From an uncultured Alphaproteobacteria bacterium (lineage in GTDB: Bacteria > Pseudomonadota > Alphaproteobacteria > Rhizobiales > Xanthobacteraceae), in contig CAWFBB010000015.1 of the NCBI GenBank assembly GCA_963813825.1, positions 22,702 through 86,701 of the forward strand: a DNA stretch of 64,000 nucleotides. The letters are read 5' to 3'. Positions 48,771 through 59,990 of this stretch are shown here, in pieces. How positions within the stretch are numbered: position 1 is the stretch's first letter; the number at the start of each line of letters is the position of its first letter. Below the pieces are notes generated by a model. It made no database searches. It had not been told where the DNA came from and was given only the letters and a program-made list of their open reading frames with translations. The position numbers and the translations under genes are program-made.

Positions 48771-50042
48771 TGAATACTCTCAATCCTGCACTGGCGATTT
48801 CGCCTGGCCAAGGCAGCAGCCATAATTCGGTCCTGACACAGCGTCTCCTCAATATTGTCCTTTTCGTCACCGTGCTGACCAGCTCGATCGCCTTCATCGA
48901 ACCTTCGCCGCACGACGGATTGATGATGGCGCTTTTGGTCGCGTGTGTCGCCGCCGGCGTCGGATTCGATCGCAAGCTCGTTCCGCTATTGTTTCTTATC
49001 GCAGCGTGGCTGATTGGCGGATTTTTATCGCTGATCCAGGTCGGCGATAACGCCAAAGACGTGCAATATGCCGGAACATCGGTCTATCTGGGCATCGCCG
49101 CCGTGATGTTTGCCTGTCTGTTTTCCGGCGGAGATTTGCGCCGATTAGCTGTCCTGCGGCGCGGATACATTCTCGCGGCGCTTATTGCGACGGCGGCTGG
49201 CTATATCGGTTTCTTCCATCTGCTGCCGCACTCCGAGATATTCCTCGACAACGACCGCGTCAGTGCCACTTTCAAGGATCCGAACGTCTACGCTCCGTTC
49301 CTGGTCTTTCCGATCGTATGGCTCACGATCAAGATTTTGACGCGAGGCATGAAGCTGACCGATATTATGCTGTTGATGGTTTTGACCGGCGGCCTGTTGT
49401 TGAGCTTTTCACGCGGCGCCTGGGCTCATTTCGCTATCTCGGCGACGGTCGGCATTTTGACAGTCTTTATGGTCACGCCTGATCCAGCGCATGCGCGCGC
49501 GCATTATCGTCATCAGCCTGCTGACGGCAATTCTCGCGGTCGTGCTGATTGCAGCGCTGATGTCGATCGGCTCCGTCCACGACATGTTCGTGGAACGCGC
49601 CAAGGCAATCCAGCCCTACGACGTCGGGCCCGGCGGCCGCTTTTGGCTGCAGCAACAGGCGCTGGGCACCATACTCGAGAACCCGGACGGACTGGGACCG
49701 TTCGAATTCGATCGCATCTTCGGCATGCAACAGCACAACGTCTACATGCAGGGTTTCCTGGTGTACGGCTGGCTCGGCGGCGCCGCGTATCTGACGCTGG
49801 TAGCGGTTACGCTGATGCTCGGCCTGCTCACGGTGCCGATAGCTGCCCCATGGCAATACTATCTCATCACCGCTTATGCGGTGTTCGTTGGCGAGGCCGT
49901 CGAAGGCATGATCGTGGATACCGATCATTGGCGGCATTTTTTCCTCATGCTCGGGCTGATCTGGGGCCTCGGCACGGCGTCGATCAATCACCGCAGGCGG
50001 CAAGCCCGGAGGATTATCGACCCCAGCCTCGTGCCAGCCTGA
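48770..50042 (+). pseudogene. O-antigen ligase/polymerase-like (Wzy_C) membrane protein gene, frame-disrupted near 49461-49490
   Basis: Frame a is membrane-like up to ...LSFSRGAWAHFAISATVGILTVFMV and then becomes Arg-rich nonsense. Frame b (ORF 49491..50042) continues as RARIIVISLLTAILAVVLIAALM... with further TM helices. Confidence 0.68.
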
Positions 50043-50181
50043 CTGCTTCCGCACCACGGCCGGAGGCCGTCGCCTCCAATTTGTGCCGGTCAATTACGAT
50101 TTGGTTAGTGCCGAGCCTTTACGATCGCGCCGGCAGGGAGTGGACCTTTTCCGCTGATCCGTCGAAGCCGGTGTTTGGACC

Positions 50182-51565
50182 ATGCACGGAAACATAACAC
50201 CGCAGCCGGCCGACACGGCGCCGGCCGCGCATGCGCCCGCGCGGCTCATCTCGATTCCATTCCTTCTGCTTCGCGTCACGACAGCCGGCGGCGCATTCGC
50301 CATGGGACTTGTACAGACGCTGGTGTTTGCGCGCGTACTTTCTCCCGACCGATTTTCACTGTTCATCCTCGTCGGTGCTATCGGCTATTCGCTGTGGCTA
50401 TGCGATCTCGGGCTGGCGAAGATCCTGTTCGTGCAATTGCGCAGCACGCACATCGCCGAAAGGACGGATGTGCGCGTCGCCACGCAAGCGACCGCGGTTA
50501 TTGTTTTCTACGTTTTGCTCGCCGCCTGTGGGGCACTGGTTTGTTTCGGCGTCGTGTGCATCCGGCCGACGGTTACCATTCTCGAAGCGACCGATTTCGG
50601 CTCTGTTCTTTTTATACATCACCCTCAATCTGACCTGGATTTGCCTGCGCAGCATCAGCATCGCGGTCGACGAATACGTGTTCTACGAAAAACTCGAACT
50701 CATGCGCCGCGTCGGCAATATGGCGACGATACTCGCCATGCTGATCGGCCTGCCTTTCACCGTCTTTTTGATCGGCTCGAACGCCGTGTGGGCGCTGGTC
50801 ATCGGATCGGCAGTAGCCAGACTGCTCAAACGCGGCGCGATGGCCCCCCGGCTGGGCGGCTTCGCGATCGAACTCGTTGCGTTCTTCCGAGAGCATTCGA
50901 AAGCGATCGCGCGCAGCGGAACGTTCGCGTTGAGTGACATCTTTACCTACACGTTTCCTTACTATGTCGTGCCGTGGGCATTCGGGCTCGGCGCGCCGAC
51001 AATCATTCTCGAAGCGACTTTTCGCATCTTTCGCGGAGCAAGCGTCATCTACACCGCGGCTTGCGACCTTGCTATTCCGGGACAAACTCGCGCGATAGCG
51101 GCGCGCGACGCGTCTCGGCTGGTGCGCACCACCTTGGTCGCGGCTGCGCTATGCTGCCTGCCCGCTGCGTTCGTCTGTCTGCTGTTGATCTTCGCGTCCA
51201 AACAGCTCTTCGCTTTCCTGCTCGGATCGGCGGCAACGGTGCCGCCAGCGGTGACACCGATACTTGTCGCAATGGTGCTGGCAAACCTTATCCAAATGGT
51301 GGCGCAGTCCCTACTGCTTCACGCGGGCTTTTTCCGCGAAATCTCCCGCATCGGCGCCACCGTCGCCGCAGCTATGATCGTCGCGACAGCGATTTCCATC
51401 GCCGCCAAATTCGATATCGTCGGATTTCTCGCTGCCTATACCGCCGTCTACACAGCCGGCGCACTTTATCTGGCAATAGCCGCCTATCGTGGCCCGATTC
51501 GCGCAGCGTTGCCGCAGGGGTCGCAGAAATGGAAACGCGCCGCGGCATCAGCCGCGGCGCGTTGA
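50182..51565 (+). pseudogene. Wzx-like polysaccharide flippase gene, frame-disrupted at or near the T5 run 50609-50613
   Basis: The frame of 50182 is membrane-like up to ...ILEATDFGSVLF. The frame of 50231 is nonsense before that point and membrane-like after it (LFFLYITLNLTWICLRS... to 51565). Confidence 0.62.
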
Positions 51566-51600
51566 CCGTCGATCGAGCGACAGTCCTATCCTGTCCAGAC

Positions 51601-51924
51601 TTACATGCCGCCGTCGTTGAGCGCCCTGCCGTAGTGGGCTGGCGTCGACTGTTGCGCGCTATTGCTTTGCGCCTTCGCGGCCGCGATTTGCGCGGCACTC
51701 GGCTCATTGACCGGGCCGCCATCGTTAGCAGCTCTGCCGTATTGCGGCGCGGCCGATGTTTGCGGCGTTACTGAATTATACAGCGGCTGCGATTTCGACT
51801 GTGGCTCGGAGATTGGTCCTCCGTCATTGGGACTTCTGCCGAACTGCTGCGCAAGCGCGGGAGATGCGGCGACGGCTGCGCCGAAAGCCAGTGCGGCAAT
51901 TCGGATGGCGATGCGGTATTTCAT
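51601..51924 (-). CDS. Small secreted protein with three (F/Y)GRxxNDGG repeats
   Basis: Start at MKYRIAIRIAALAFGAAVAASPALA with a GGAGGA RBS. The repeats are FGRSPNDGGP, YGRAANDGGP and YGRALNDGGM. Confidence 0.65.
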   Translation of the reverse strand: MKYRIAIRIAALAFGAAVAASPALAQQFGRSPNDGGPISEPQSKSQPLYNSVTPQTSAAPQYGRAANDGGPVNEPSAAQIAAAKAQSNSAQQSTPAHYGRALNDGGM

Positions 51925-52183
51925 GGTTTTTCCTCCAACCGAGGTTATGCGGCGGCCGCATCCATGGCGGATACGACATGCTTCCCGCTCGGAGCCGCAA
52001 CCTAGTTCGCGTAAGGTGAAAAAGAATAGAGGCGCGCGCATAAATAGGGCGCTCCCGCTGATAAAGAGAAAATAAAAATTACACGAATTATATCGGCGTG
52101 CATCGATTGGCTAGGTCAATGATATATTCGTAAAGGAAATATAACGGCACCGCTTGGCGCAGACGTTGCGCCTCGACTTAGTC

Positions 52184-52537
52184 TCAGATTAATCCGCAAC
52201 GCGCTGCTATTGCCGCAAGCCATACCAGGCCACTCAACGCCAGCGCGCAGAATACGGCAGCGGAGCCGAAGTCCTTGATCATGCCGATTTCCGGGTGACG
52301 GTCGGGAGTCACGTGATCGGACAGCTTTTCGATTGCCGTATTCAGGAACTCGACGGCGAGCAGCACGAGCAACACGCCGATCATTGCCACATACCAGACG
52401 ATGGTGGGCGCGAGGAAAAGCCCGATCGGCAGCGCAACGGCGAAAGCCACCGCCTCCTCGCGAATCGCCGGTTCCGTTCTGATGCCGTAAACGAGCGCGC
52501 GGAGCGAATTCTTTGTCGCCCTGAAAAGCCGCTTCAC
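52184..52537 (-). CDS. dgkA: Diacylglycerol kinase
   Basis: 117 aa. AIREE....LVLLAVEFLNTAIEKLSD matches the DgkA pattern. Confidence 0.9.
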   Translation of the reverse strand: MKRLFRATKNSLRALVYGIRTEPAIREEAVAFAVALPIGLFLAPTIVWYVAMIGVLLVLLAVEFLNTAIEKLSDHVTPDRHPEIGMIKDFGSAAVFCALALSGLVWLAAIAARCGLI

Positions 52538-52623
52538 GGCGAGGCGCCATTTGCCGAACGGCCGCGCGATGGCGGCGCGTGTTGCGGCACTTGAGGGCGC
52601 TGACTATAGTGCGGCCCGATATT

Positions 52624-52701
52624 CGGAGCGTAGCGCAGCCCGGTTAGCGCACCAGTCTGGGGGACTGGGGGTCCCGAGTTCAAATCTCGGCGCTCCGACC
52701 A
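52624..52701 (+). tRNA. tRNA-Pro (anticodon GGG)
   Basis: cggagcgtagcgcagcccggttagcgcaccagtctgggggactgggggtcccgagttcaaatctcggcgctccgacca has a 7-bp acceptor stem, the anticodon loop cuGGGgg, a T-arm and an encoded CCA. Confidence 0.95.
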
Positions 52702-53276
52702 TTTTGATCGGCCGGCTCGGCATCCGACAGCGCAGCATCGAGCATTCGGCGACAGGAGATAAGCTCTTCGAGTGCGGCGCGCAGCCTGCTCTCGGCGGCC
52801 GCGCTCGGAGGCCCGGCCGGAGTGGGAGCCGAAAGTGTCGGTTCACGCCGCTCATTCGAGCGCGGTTGCTTTGCGGCATCGCCGCCGCGTGACGGCCCAG
52901 GGCCGAATAGCGAAAGATCAGGTTCGTTACGCGCTTCGCTAACGGCCTCAGCAACGTCATCCTCCGCGCGATCGTCCTCGGACTGAGGTGGTGGCGCAGT
53001 GGCGCCGGCACGCCAGACATTTTGGACAAATGCGGCGCCCTCGTCGCGCAGGATGCGCTGCACGCCGCGGATAGTATAACCCTCGCCGTAAAGCAGGTGA
53101 CGCACGCCGCGCAGCAGATCGACATCGTCTGGGCGATAGTAGCGGCGGCCGCCGCCGCGCTTCATCGGCTTGATCTGCGTGAAGCGGCTCTCCCAAAACC
53201 GCAGCACATGCTGAGGAACGTCAATTTCGTCGGCAACTTCGCTGATGGTGCGGAAAGCGTCCGGCGCCTTGTCCAA
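52680..53276 (-). CDS. MerR-family transcriptional regulator
   Basis: N-terminal [28 protein letters not shown]...[17 protein letters not shown], then a low-complexity C-terminal half. The last 22 nt overlap the 3' end of tRNA-Pro on the other strand. Confidence 0.85.
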   Translation of the reverse strand: MDKAPDAFRTISEVADEIDVPQHVLRFWESRFTQIKPMKRGGGRRYYRPDDVDLLRGVRHLLYGEGYTIRGVQRILRDEGAAFVQNVWRAGATAPPPQSEDDRAEDDVAEAVSEARNEPDLSLFGPGPSRGGDAAKQPRSNERREPTLSAPTPAGPPSAAAESRLRAALEELISCRRMLDAALSDAEPADQNGRSAEI

Positions 53277-53300
53277 TTCCCAACTCCCTGCCCGTCGCGG

Positions 53301-53609
53301 TTATTTACCGCCATCAGGCTCGGAATTAATCCGCTGCTTGAGGATGGCGGACGGCTTGAACACCATGACCCGGCGCGGCGAGATAGGCACTTCCTTGCCG
53401 GTCTTGGGATTGCGGCCGATACGTTGGCCCTTCTTGCGCACGACGAACGAACCGAATGACGACAGCTTCACCGTCTCGCCACGTTCCAGGCAATCGGTGA
53501 TTTCCTTGAGTACAAGTTCTACGAGTGTAGCGGATTCGGTGCGAGACAAGCCGACCTTTTGGTAGACCGCCTCGCACAAATCGGCACGCGTAATCGTCTT
53601 TCCCGACAT
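53301..53609 (-). CDS. ihfA: Integration host factor subunit alpha
   Basis: 102 aa. [23 protein letters not shown]...GFGSF.VR.K..R.GRNPKTGEEV pattern. Confidence 0.96.
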   Translation of the reverse strand: MSGKTITRADLCEAVYQKVGLSRTESATLVELVLKEITDCLERGETVKLSSFGSFVVRKKGQRIGRNPKTGKEVPISPRRVMVFKPSAILKQRINSEPDGGK

Positions 53610-53675
53610 CGCCAGCCCCGAGCACGGTGATCGATCATAGGTCGATCAAGATATCGTGCTGAATTATCTACGATA

Positions 53676-54704
53676 TTAGCTTGGCGCCGCGGGTGTCAAC
53701 GGGGCTCTAGCCCCGCCGATAGGGCTTACCAACGCACCAGCGCCGGCCCCCCAAGTGAAGCCGCCACCCATGGCTTCGAGCAGCAGGAGATCGCCGCGTT
53801 TGATCCGGCGGTCCGCTACCGCGTCCGCAAGCGCGAGCGGGATCGAAGCTGCCGAGGTGTTGCCATGGCGGTCGACCGTGACGACGATTTTGCCAGGCGC
53901 AATGCCGAGTTTGTGCGCCGAACCGTCGATAATACGCCGGTTGGCCTGATGTGGAATGAACCAATCGATGTCGTCGGCAGTGTAACCCGTCGCCTTGAAT
54001 GCGTCTTTGACGACATCCGTAATCATCGCGACCGCATGCTTGAAGACTTCGCGGCCCTCCATGCGCAGGTGACCCACGGTGCCGGTCGAGGACGGCCCGC
54101 CATCGACATAAAGCTTCGATTTGTGGCGCCCGTCAGACCGCAAATGGATAGAAAGGATGCCGCGGTCGCCGCGCGTGCCCGGTTGGTCCTGCGCATCAAG
54201 CACGACAGCGCCGGCGCCGTCGCCGAATAGCACGCAGGTCGAGCGGTCGGTCCAGTCGAGAATGCGCGAAAATGTCTCGGCGCCGATCACCAGCGCTCGC
54301 GAAAACGCGCCTGTTTTGAGAAGACCGTCAGCCGTCGCCAGCGCGAATACGAAACCCGAGCAAACGGCTTGTAAATCGAATGCGGCGCCGTGCGTAATGC
54401 CAAGACCGGCCTGCACCGTAACCGCGCTGGCCGGGAAAGTGTTGTCGGGCGTCGAGGTCGCCAGCACGATGAGATCGATCGATTGGGCATCGACACGCGC
54501 CTGGGCAAGCGCGGCGCGCGCAGCATGCACGGCAAGATCGGAGGTCAATTCGCCGGTAGCAGCGATGCGGCGCTCGTGAATGCCGGTGCGTTGCACGATC
54601 CATTCGTCGGATGTGTCAACCTTGCGCGCGAGCTCGTCGTTGGTGAGCACTTGGCTCGGCAGATAGCTGCCGCAGCCAAGGATGACCGAACGCCGTGCGG
54701 TCAC
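53676..54704 (-). CDS. fabH: 3-oxoacyl-ACP synthase III (FabH); 3' end apparently shifted by a G6 run
   Basis: GTG start overlapping the plsX stop (GTGA). Family motifs are present throughout. The ORF ends ...[19 protein letters not shown]..., whereas removing one G from the run at 53747-53752 gives FTWGPALVRW-stop (stop at 53726-53728), matching the E. coli ending FTWGSALVRF. Confidence 0.93.
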   Translation of the reverse strand: MTARRSVILGCGSYLPSQVLTNDELARKVDTSDEWIVQRTGIHERRIAATGELTSDLAVHAARAALAQARVDAQSIDLIVLATSTPDNTFPASAVTVQAGLGITHGAAFDLQAVCSGFVFALATADGLLKTGAFSRALVIGAETFSRILDWTDRSTCVLFGDGAGAVVLDAQDQPGTRGDRGILSIHLRSDGRHKSKLYVDGGPSSTGTVGHLRMEGREVFKHAVAMITDVVKDAFKATGYTADDIDWFIPHQANRRIIDGSAHKLGIAPGKIVVTVDRHGNTSAASIPLALADAVADRRIKRGDLLLLEAMGGGFTWGAGAGALVSPIGGARAPLTPAAPS

Positions 54705-55756
54705 GAGACAGCCCCGCCGGCCGCCTGGCGCACCGGCTTGCCGGGGCGGCCGAGCGCGGCGGTGATCTTGGCCAGAAGCTCGTCACGCACCACGCCGTGA
54801 CCGAGTTCGATGGCGGCTGCAAAACCTTCGGCATCCGTGCCGCCATGGCTCTTGATGACGATGCCATTGAGACCAAGAAAAACGCCGCCGTTGGCCCGGC
54901 GCGGGTCCATCTTTTCCCGCAATTGCCGGAACGCCGACCGCGCGAACAGGTAGCCGATCCTGGCGCTGAGCGTGCGGCTCATGGCGCCCCTGAGGTATTC
55001 GCCAATCTGGCGCGCCGTGCCCTCGGCAGTTTTCAGCGCGATATTGCCGGCGAAGCCCTCGGTCACGACTACATCGACGGTGCCCTTGCCAATGTCATCG
55101 CCCTCGACAAAGCCGAAATACTCGAGACCGGGCAGTTTTTGGTCACGCAGCATGCGGCCTGCCTCTCGCACTTGTTCGAGACCTTTCGCTTCTTCAACGC
55201 CGATATTGAGAAGGCCCACACTCGGCCGTTCGAGGTTGAACAGGATGCGCGCGGTCGCGGCACCCATCACCGCCAGATCGATGAGATGCTCAGCGTCCGC
55301 GCCGATCGAGGCCCCGACATCCAGCACGATCAACTCCCCGCGCAAGGTCGGCCACAGCGCCGCGATCGCCGGACGCTCGATGCCCGGCAGTGTCTTGAGA
55401 TTGAATTTCGACATCGCCATCAGCGCGCCGGTATTGCCCCCCGACACCACCATGTCGGCATCGCCTTTTTTCACCGCATCGATGGCGAGCCACATCGAGG
55501 ACTTCCAGCGCCCGTAGCGCAGCGCCTGGCTCGGCTTATCCTCCATGCGGACGGCAATCTCGGTGTGGACGATGCGCGAGGCGGCCTTGAGCGCGGGCCG
55601 CGCCTCCACCAGCGGAGCAATAAGCGCCGAGTTGCCGAAGAACCGGAACTCACTCTCGGGGTGGCGAGCCAAAGCCAAATCGGCGCCGGCGACGACCACG
55701 GCAGGACCGTGATCGCCCCCCATCGCATCGAGAGCAATGCGGACCTTGTCTGGCAT
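54701..55756 (-). CDS. plsX: Phosphate acyltransferase PlsX
   Basis: Start at [18 protein letters not shown], the hallmark N-terminus. 351 aa. Confidence 0.95.
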   Translation of the reverse strand: MPDKVRIALDAMGGDHGPAVVVAGADLALARHPESEFRFFGNSALIAPLVEARPALKAASRIVHTEIAVRMEDKPSQALRYGRWKSSMWLAIDAVKKGDADMVVSGGNTGALMAMSKFNLKTLPGIERPAIAALWPTLRGELIVLDVGASIGADAEHLIDLAVMGAATARILFNLERPSVGLLNIGVEEAKGLEQVREAGRMLRDQKLPGLEYFGFVEGDDIGKGTVDVVVTEGFAGNIALKTAEGTARQIGEYLRGAMSRTLSARIGYLFARSAFRQLREKMDPRRANGGVFLGLNGIVIKSHGGTDAEGFAAAIELGHGVVRDELLAKITAALGRPGKPVRQAAGGAVS

Positions 55757-55843
55757 CGATCGACCTTGCGGCCCTATGTCCTGGGGGTGTGGCTGTGCGA
55801 CCGGCGGGGAGAATAACGGTTCGGTGCCCAGACACAACTGCGA

Positions 55844-56431
55844 TCACCTGCCATGGCGGCCCTTGGTGGCGAGACCGGCGAGCGCGGCAAACGGACTCGG
55901 ATCCGGCTTAACCTCATGTGGCGGCTCGAAAACCGCGCCCGGTTTGCGCGGATAGGGATCAAGTCCGAGAATCAGGAACTCGATTGCCAAGGCGCCAAGA
56001 TCGACCGTACCGGCGATCAGCGGTTCCGGGCCATCCAGGTTGTGGCGGACCCTCCCGGCAGGCTTCTCCGAATTGTCGTCGTCGACAGGCTTATCCTCGG
56101 ACGACGGCGCAGGCGGCGCAAACAGCAAGTCGATGTCCTCCTCGATTTCGTTGGCGAGAGGCTCGAGTGACACTACGCAGTTTTGACCGACCGTCGCGGA
56201 TATCCGGCCGACCACGTGCACTACATCCGCGCCTTGCCGCGTTACCTCGAAACTAGCGTCGAGCCTCGGCAATTCTCGCAAACCTGCCACTGCGGCTATC
56301 GCCGAGCGCACCTCCGCATCAGCCGAAATCTCGAAGTGCCGGCCGGTCTCCACCGGCACCTCCTCGAGCGCAACCGGCACATGCCAGGTCGCGGGAGCGA
56401 GTTTGTCTGTCTTGCGTTCAGGCATTTCCAT
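55844..56431 (-). CDS. yceD: YceD/DUF177 family protein
   Basis: 195 aa, acidic. It lies upstream of plsX as in many bacteria. No rpmF is seen in the 87-nt gap. Confidence 0.82.
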   Translation of the reverse strand: MEMPERKTDKLAPATWHVPVALEEVPVETGRHFEISADAEVRSAIAAVAGLRELPRLDASFEVTRQGADVVHVVGRISATVGQNCVVSLEPLANEIEEDIDLLFAPPAPSSEDKPVDDDNSEKPAGRVRHNLDGPEPLIAGTVDLGALAIEFLILGLDPYPRKPGAVFEPPHEVKPDPSPFAALAGLATKGRHGR

Positions 56432-56437
56432 GTTCTC

Positions 56438-56974
56438 TCAGGCAATTACATTCGGCCTTGGAAAAACGACCTCGCCTCGGAGCAGAGCGTCGTCCGTCTG
56501 GCCTGCCATCTCGCTCATAGCCGCATACGCATAACGCGTCAGCCGGGCTGCTCCGTCCTCGACATCTCCTGTAAAGATATTGCGCGACAGCGCATTCTCA
56601 AAGGCCTGCCGGTCCGCCGCGGCGAGTGCCTCCAGATAGGCGGCCTGACGGCCGTAGAAAGCCTCGGCAAAGCCCTGCATCCGTTTCGGCACCGCGAGAT
56701 CGCCGATGCCCATTTCCCGCAAATTGGCGTCCAGGTCCCGGCAAAACTCGTCAAAAAGATCCTGGCCTAGGCTGCGGCTGAGATCACTGTCCCGGCCCAA
56801 CCGCCGCAATAGCAGGACCAGGTGAAGAACAATGAGGTCGAACCGGCCCTCGACGCTGTCTGGCACGCCGTAATCTGCGTAGAACGCGGCCAAGCGCGCC
56901 TGCGCCACGACGGCGCCATAAAGGGCGCGGATTGTGCGTGCTTGAGATCGACGCCGAAACCCGGGCAGGATCAT
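56438..56974 (-). CDS. Ubiquinol-cytochrome c chaperone (Cbp3-like) domain protein
   Basis: Start at MILPGFRRR. GRFDLIVLHLVLLLRRL...DLFDEFCRDLDANLREMGIGDLAVPKRM is typical of the family. Confidence 0.84.
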   Translation of the reverse strand: MILPGFRRRSQARTIRALYGAVVAQARLAAFYADYGVPDSVEGRFDLIVLHLVLLLRRLGRDSDLSRSLGQDLFDEFCRDLDANLREMGIGDLAVPKRMQGFAEAFYGRQAAYLEALAAADRQAFENALSRNIFTGDVEDGAARLTRYAYAAMSEMAGQTDDALLRGEVVFPRPNVIA

Positions 56975-57064
56975 GGGGATAGCCCGGTTCCTTAAAGGGT
57001 GCGCTGGACGGCTGATTGCCAATTTCGGGCTTTCGGGGTACGGCACGCGGCGTTGCGGCGCAAG

Positions 57065-57541
57065 ATGGGGCTAGTCGGAGTGCGGGGAATTCGCCGGCAT
57101 AATTTCTGGGGACGTGCTGCGGCTACTCCGGCCGTACTAGTGTCGCTTGCGCTACTCTTGGGCGGCTGCTTCGGCGAGACCTTTCAGCGTGGCTATGTTC
57201 TGCCCGAGGGCGCGCTCGAGCAAATTCCGCTTGGCGCCTCGCAGGAGCAGGTGCTGCTGGTCCTCGGCACACCGTCGACGGTAGCGACTGTCAGCGGCGA
57301 AGCGTTTTACTACATCTCGCAGCGCGCCGATCGTCCGGTCTCGTTTATGAATATCGGCATCACCGACCAACGTGTGGTGGCGGTTTACTTCGACAAGAAC
57401 AGGAAAGTTCAGCGGCTTGCCGAATACGGCATGAAGGACGGCAAGCTTTTCGATTTCGTCAGCCGCACGACGCCGACCAGCGGCACCGAGGACAATTTCG
57501 TCAGCTACCTCTTCCGCACGATCCAAGGCAAGGGATCGTAA
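57065..57541 (+). CDS. bamE: Outer membrane protein assembly factor BamE (SmpA/OmlA lipoprotein)
   Basis: Lipobox LLLGGC. GASQEQVLLVLGTPSTVATVSGEAFYYISQ is a typical BamE core. Confidence 0.84.
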   Translation: MGLVGVRGIRRHNFWGRAAATPAVLVSLALLLGGCFGETFQRGYVLPEGALEQIPLGASQEQVLLVLGTPSTVATVSGEAFYYISQRADRPVSFMNIGITDQRVVAVYFDKNRKVQRLAEYGMKDGKLFDFVSRTTPTSGTEDNFVSYLFRTIQGKGS

Positions 57542-57559
57542 ACAAGCGACCTCGCAACG

Positions 57560-57642
57560 GTCATTGCGAGCGATAGCGAAGCAATCCAGCGCTCAATGCA
57601 GCCGCTCTGGATTGCTTCGTCGCAAACGCTCCTCGCAATGCC
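57560..57642. repeat. REP-like palindromic element type A (gtcattgcgagcg..gaagcaatccag / ctggattgcttc..ctcgcaatg)
   Basis: Nested inverted repeats, intergenic. The same family occurs at 3459, 60352 and 61131. Confidence 0.7.
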
Positions 57643-57665
57643 GTGAAGCCCGCGAGCGCTGGCCT

Positions 57666-59792
57666 TCAGCGCGCCAGCACCGCAAGCAGCAACAACGCGA
57701 CGATATTGGTGATCTTGATCATCGGATTCACGGCCGGACCGGCGGTGTCTTTATAGGGATCGCCGACCGTATCGCCGGTCACCGCCGCCTTGTGGGCGTC
57801 GGAACCCTTGCCGCCGTAATGGCCGTCCTCAATGTACTTCTTGGCGTTGTCCCACGCGCCGCCGCCCGACGTCATCGAGATCGCCACGAACAGACCGGTG
57901 ACGATCACACCAAGCAGCATCGCGCCGAGCGCCGAGAACGCCGCCGACTTGCCCACAGCGCCGCCGCCGGCGACGAAGTAGATGAGGAAGTAGACGACGA
58001 TCGGCGACAGTACCGGCAACAGCGAAGGTATGATCATTTCCTTGATCGCCGCCTTGGTCAGCAAGTCGACGGCGCGGCCGTAATCGGGTTTGTCCCTGCC
58101 CTGCATGATGCCGGGGCGCTCGCGAAACTGACGCCGCACCTCCTCGACGATCGAGGCGGCGGCACGGCCGACCGCGGTCATGCCCATCGCGCCGAACAGA
58201 TAGGGCAACATGCCGCCGAACAGGAGGCCGGCCACCACGTAAGGATTGGTCAGCGAGAAATCCGGCGCGACGCCCAGGAAATACGGGTGCTCTTTCGCGC
58301 CAGCGACGAAGAACTTGAGGTCTTCGTTGTAGGCCGCGAACAGCACCAGCGCGCCGAGGCCCGCCGAACCGATCGCATAGCCCTTGGTGACCGCCTTGGT
58401 GGTGTTGCCGACGGCGTCCAGCGCATCGGTCGACTTGCGCACTTCCTTCGGCAGTCCTGCCATTTCGGCAATGCCGCCGGCGTTGTCGGTTACCGGACCG
58501 AAAGCATCGAGCGCCACCACCATGCCGGCCAGCGCCAGCATCGTCGTCACCGCGATCGCGATGCCGAACAGGCCGGCGAGATTATAGCTGACCAGGATTC
58601 CGGCGATGATCACCAGCGCCGGAAGCGCCGTCGCTTCCATCGAAATGGCCAGACCCTGGATGACATTGGTGCCGTGGCCGGTCACCGAGGCCTGTGCGAT
58701 CGAATGCACGGGCCGGAAATTGGTGCCGGTATAGTACTCGGTGATCCAGATGATCAGCCCGGTCACCGCAAGACCGACGATGCCGCAGAGGAACAGCGTC
58801 TCCCCGGTGTAGCTCACGCCGGCCAGCGGGCCGAAGCCGATCAGCTCGTAGATCACGATCGCAATGCCGACGAGCGACAAGACCGCCGTGACCAGCAGGC
58901 CTTTGTATAGCGCGCCCATGATCGACTGGCTGGCGCCGAGCTTGACGAAGAAGGTGCCGACGATTGAGGTGATGATGCAGACGCCGCCGATGGCAAGCGG
59001 GAATGTCATCATCCGCATCAGCATATCGCCGCCGGAAGCACTGAAGAAGATCGCGGCGAGAACCATGGTGGCGACCGTGGTCACCACGTAGGTCTCGAAC
59101 AGGTCGGCCGCCATGCCGGCGCAGTCGCCGACGTTGTCGCCGACGTTGTCGGCGATCGTGGCCGGGTTGCGTGGATCGTCTTCCGGAATTCCCGCCTCGA
59201 CCTTGCCGACAAGATCGCCGCCGACGTCGGCGCCCTTGGTGAAAATGCCGCCGCCGAGACGGGCAAAGATCGAGATCAGCGAAGCGCCGAAGCCGAGCGC
59301 CACAAGCGAGTTGATCACCTCGCGGTCGTTCGCCGCCATATGCAGCCCGTCGGTAAGAAAGGCGAAGTAAAGCGTCACGCCGAGCAGCGCCAGGCCCGCG
59401 ACCAGCATGCCGGTGATAGCGCCGGCACGGAATGCGATCTCAAGTCCGCCGGCGAGCGAGCCGATCGCCGCTTGCGCGGTACGCACATTGGCGCGGACCG
59501 AGACGTTCATGCCGATGAAGCCCGCCGCTCCGGACAGGATTGCGCCGACCGCAAAACCGACCGCGACCAGCCAGCCGAGGAAATAACCGACGATGAAGAA
59601 GATCACGATGCCGACAATGGCGATGGTGGTGTATTGCCGCTTCAAATAGGCCTGCGCGCCCTCGCGCACCGCCGCGGAGATCTCCTGCATTTTCTCGTTG
59701 CCGGCGTCGGCCGCCAACACCGAGCGCGTCGCCCAGATGGCGTAGACGATCGCCAAAGCACCGCACAAAACGATGAGCCATAGAGTATTCAT
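57666..59792 (-). CDS. hppA: Membrane-bound proton-translocating pyrophosphatase
   Basis: 708 aa polytopic protein. [19 protein letters not shown] and [19 protein letters not shown] are signature motifs. Confidence 0.97.
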   Translation of the reverse strand: MNTLWLIVLCGALAIVYAIWATRSVLAADAGNEKMQEISAAVREGAQAYLKRQYTTIAIVGIVIFFIVGYFLGWLVAVGFAVGAILSGAAGFIGMNVSVRANVRTAQAAIGSLAGGLEIAFRAGAITGMLVAGLALLGVTLYFAFLTDGLHMAANDREVINSLVALGFGASLISIFARLGGGIFTKGADVGGDLVGKVEAGIPEDDPRNPATIADNVGDNVGDCAGMAADLFETYVVTTVATMVLAAIFFSASGGDMLMRMMTFPLAIGGVCIITSIVGTFFVKLGASQSIMGALYKGLLVTAVLSLVGIAIVIYELIGFGPLAGVSYTGETLFLCGIVGLAVTGLIIWITEYYTGTNFRPVHSIAQASVTGHGTNVIQGLAISMEATALPALVIIAGILVSYNLAGLFGIAIAVTTMLALAGMVVALDAFGPVTDNAGGIAEMAGLPKEVRKSTDALDAVGNTTKAVTKGYAIGSAGLGALVLFAAYNEDLKFFVAGAKEHPYFLGVAPDFSLTNPYVVAGLLFGGMLPYLFGAMGMTAVGRAAASIVEEVRRQFRERPGIMQGRDKPDYGRAVDLLTKAAIKEMIIPSLLPVLSPIVVYFLIYFVAGGGAVGKSAAFSALGAMLLGVIVTGLFVAISMTSGGGAWDNAKKYIEDGHYGGKGSDAHKAAVTGDTVGDPYKDTAGPAVNPMIKITNIVALLLLAVLAR

Positions 59793-59990
59793 GGAAGTCC
59801 CCGGTCTCTATTGAAGGGCCGGAGATGCAAATCGGCCCGAAGGAAGGCGCTCCGCATACAATGGACTGGCGGGCGGCGCAAATCGGCCGGAACATGCCCA
59901 AAATGGCCCGGCCGTGCAACGCGTAATCACACCTTTTCCCGCCTGCGGCTGAGCTGGCAACCCTCCGTCTCGCGGCACTTCCGCGCCCCG

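Noticed and set aside
57564-58910. A 448-aa + strand ORF.
   Set aside because: It is antisense to hppA, whose translation carries unambiguous H+-PPase signatures. The ORF itself is Arg/Asp/His-rich low complexity.
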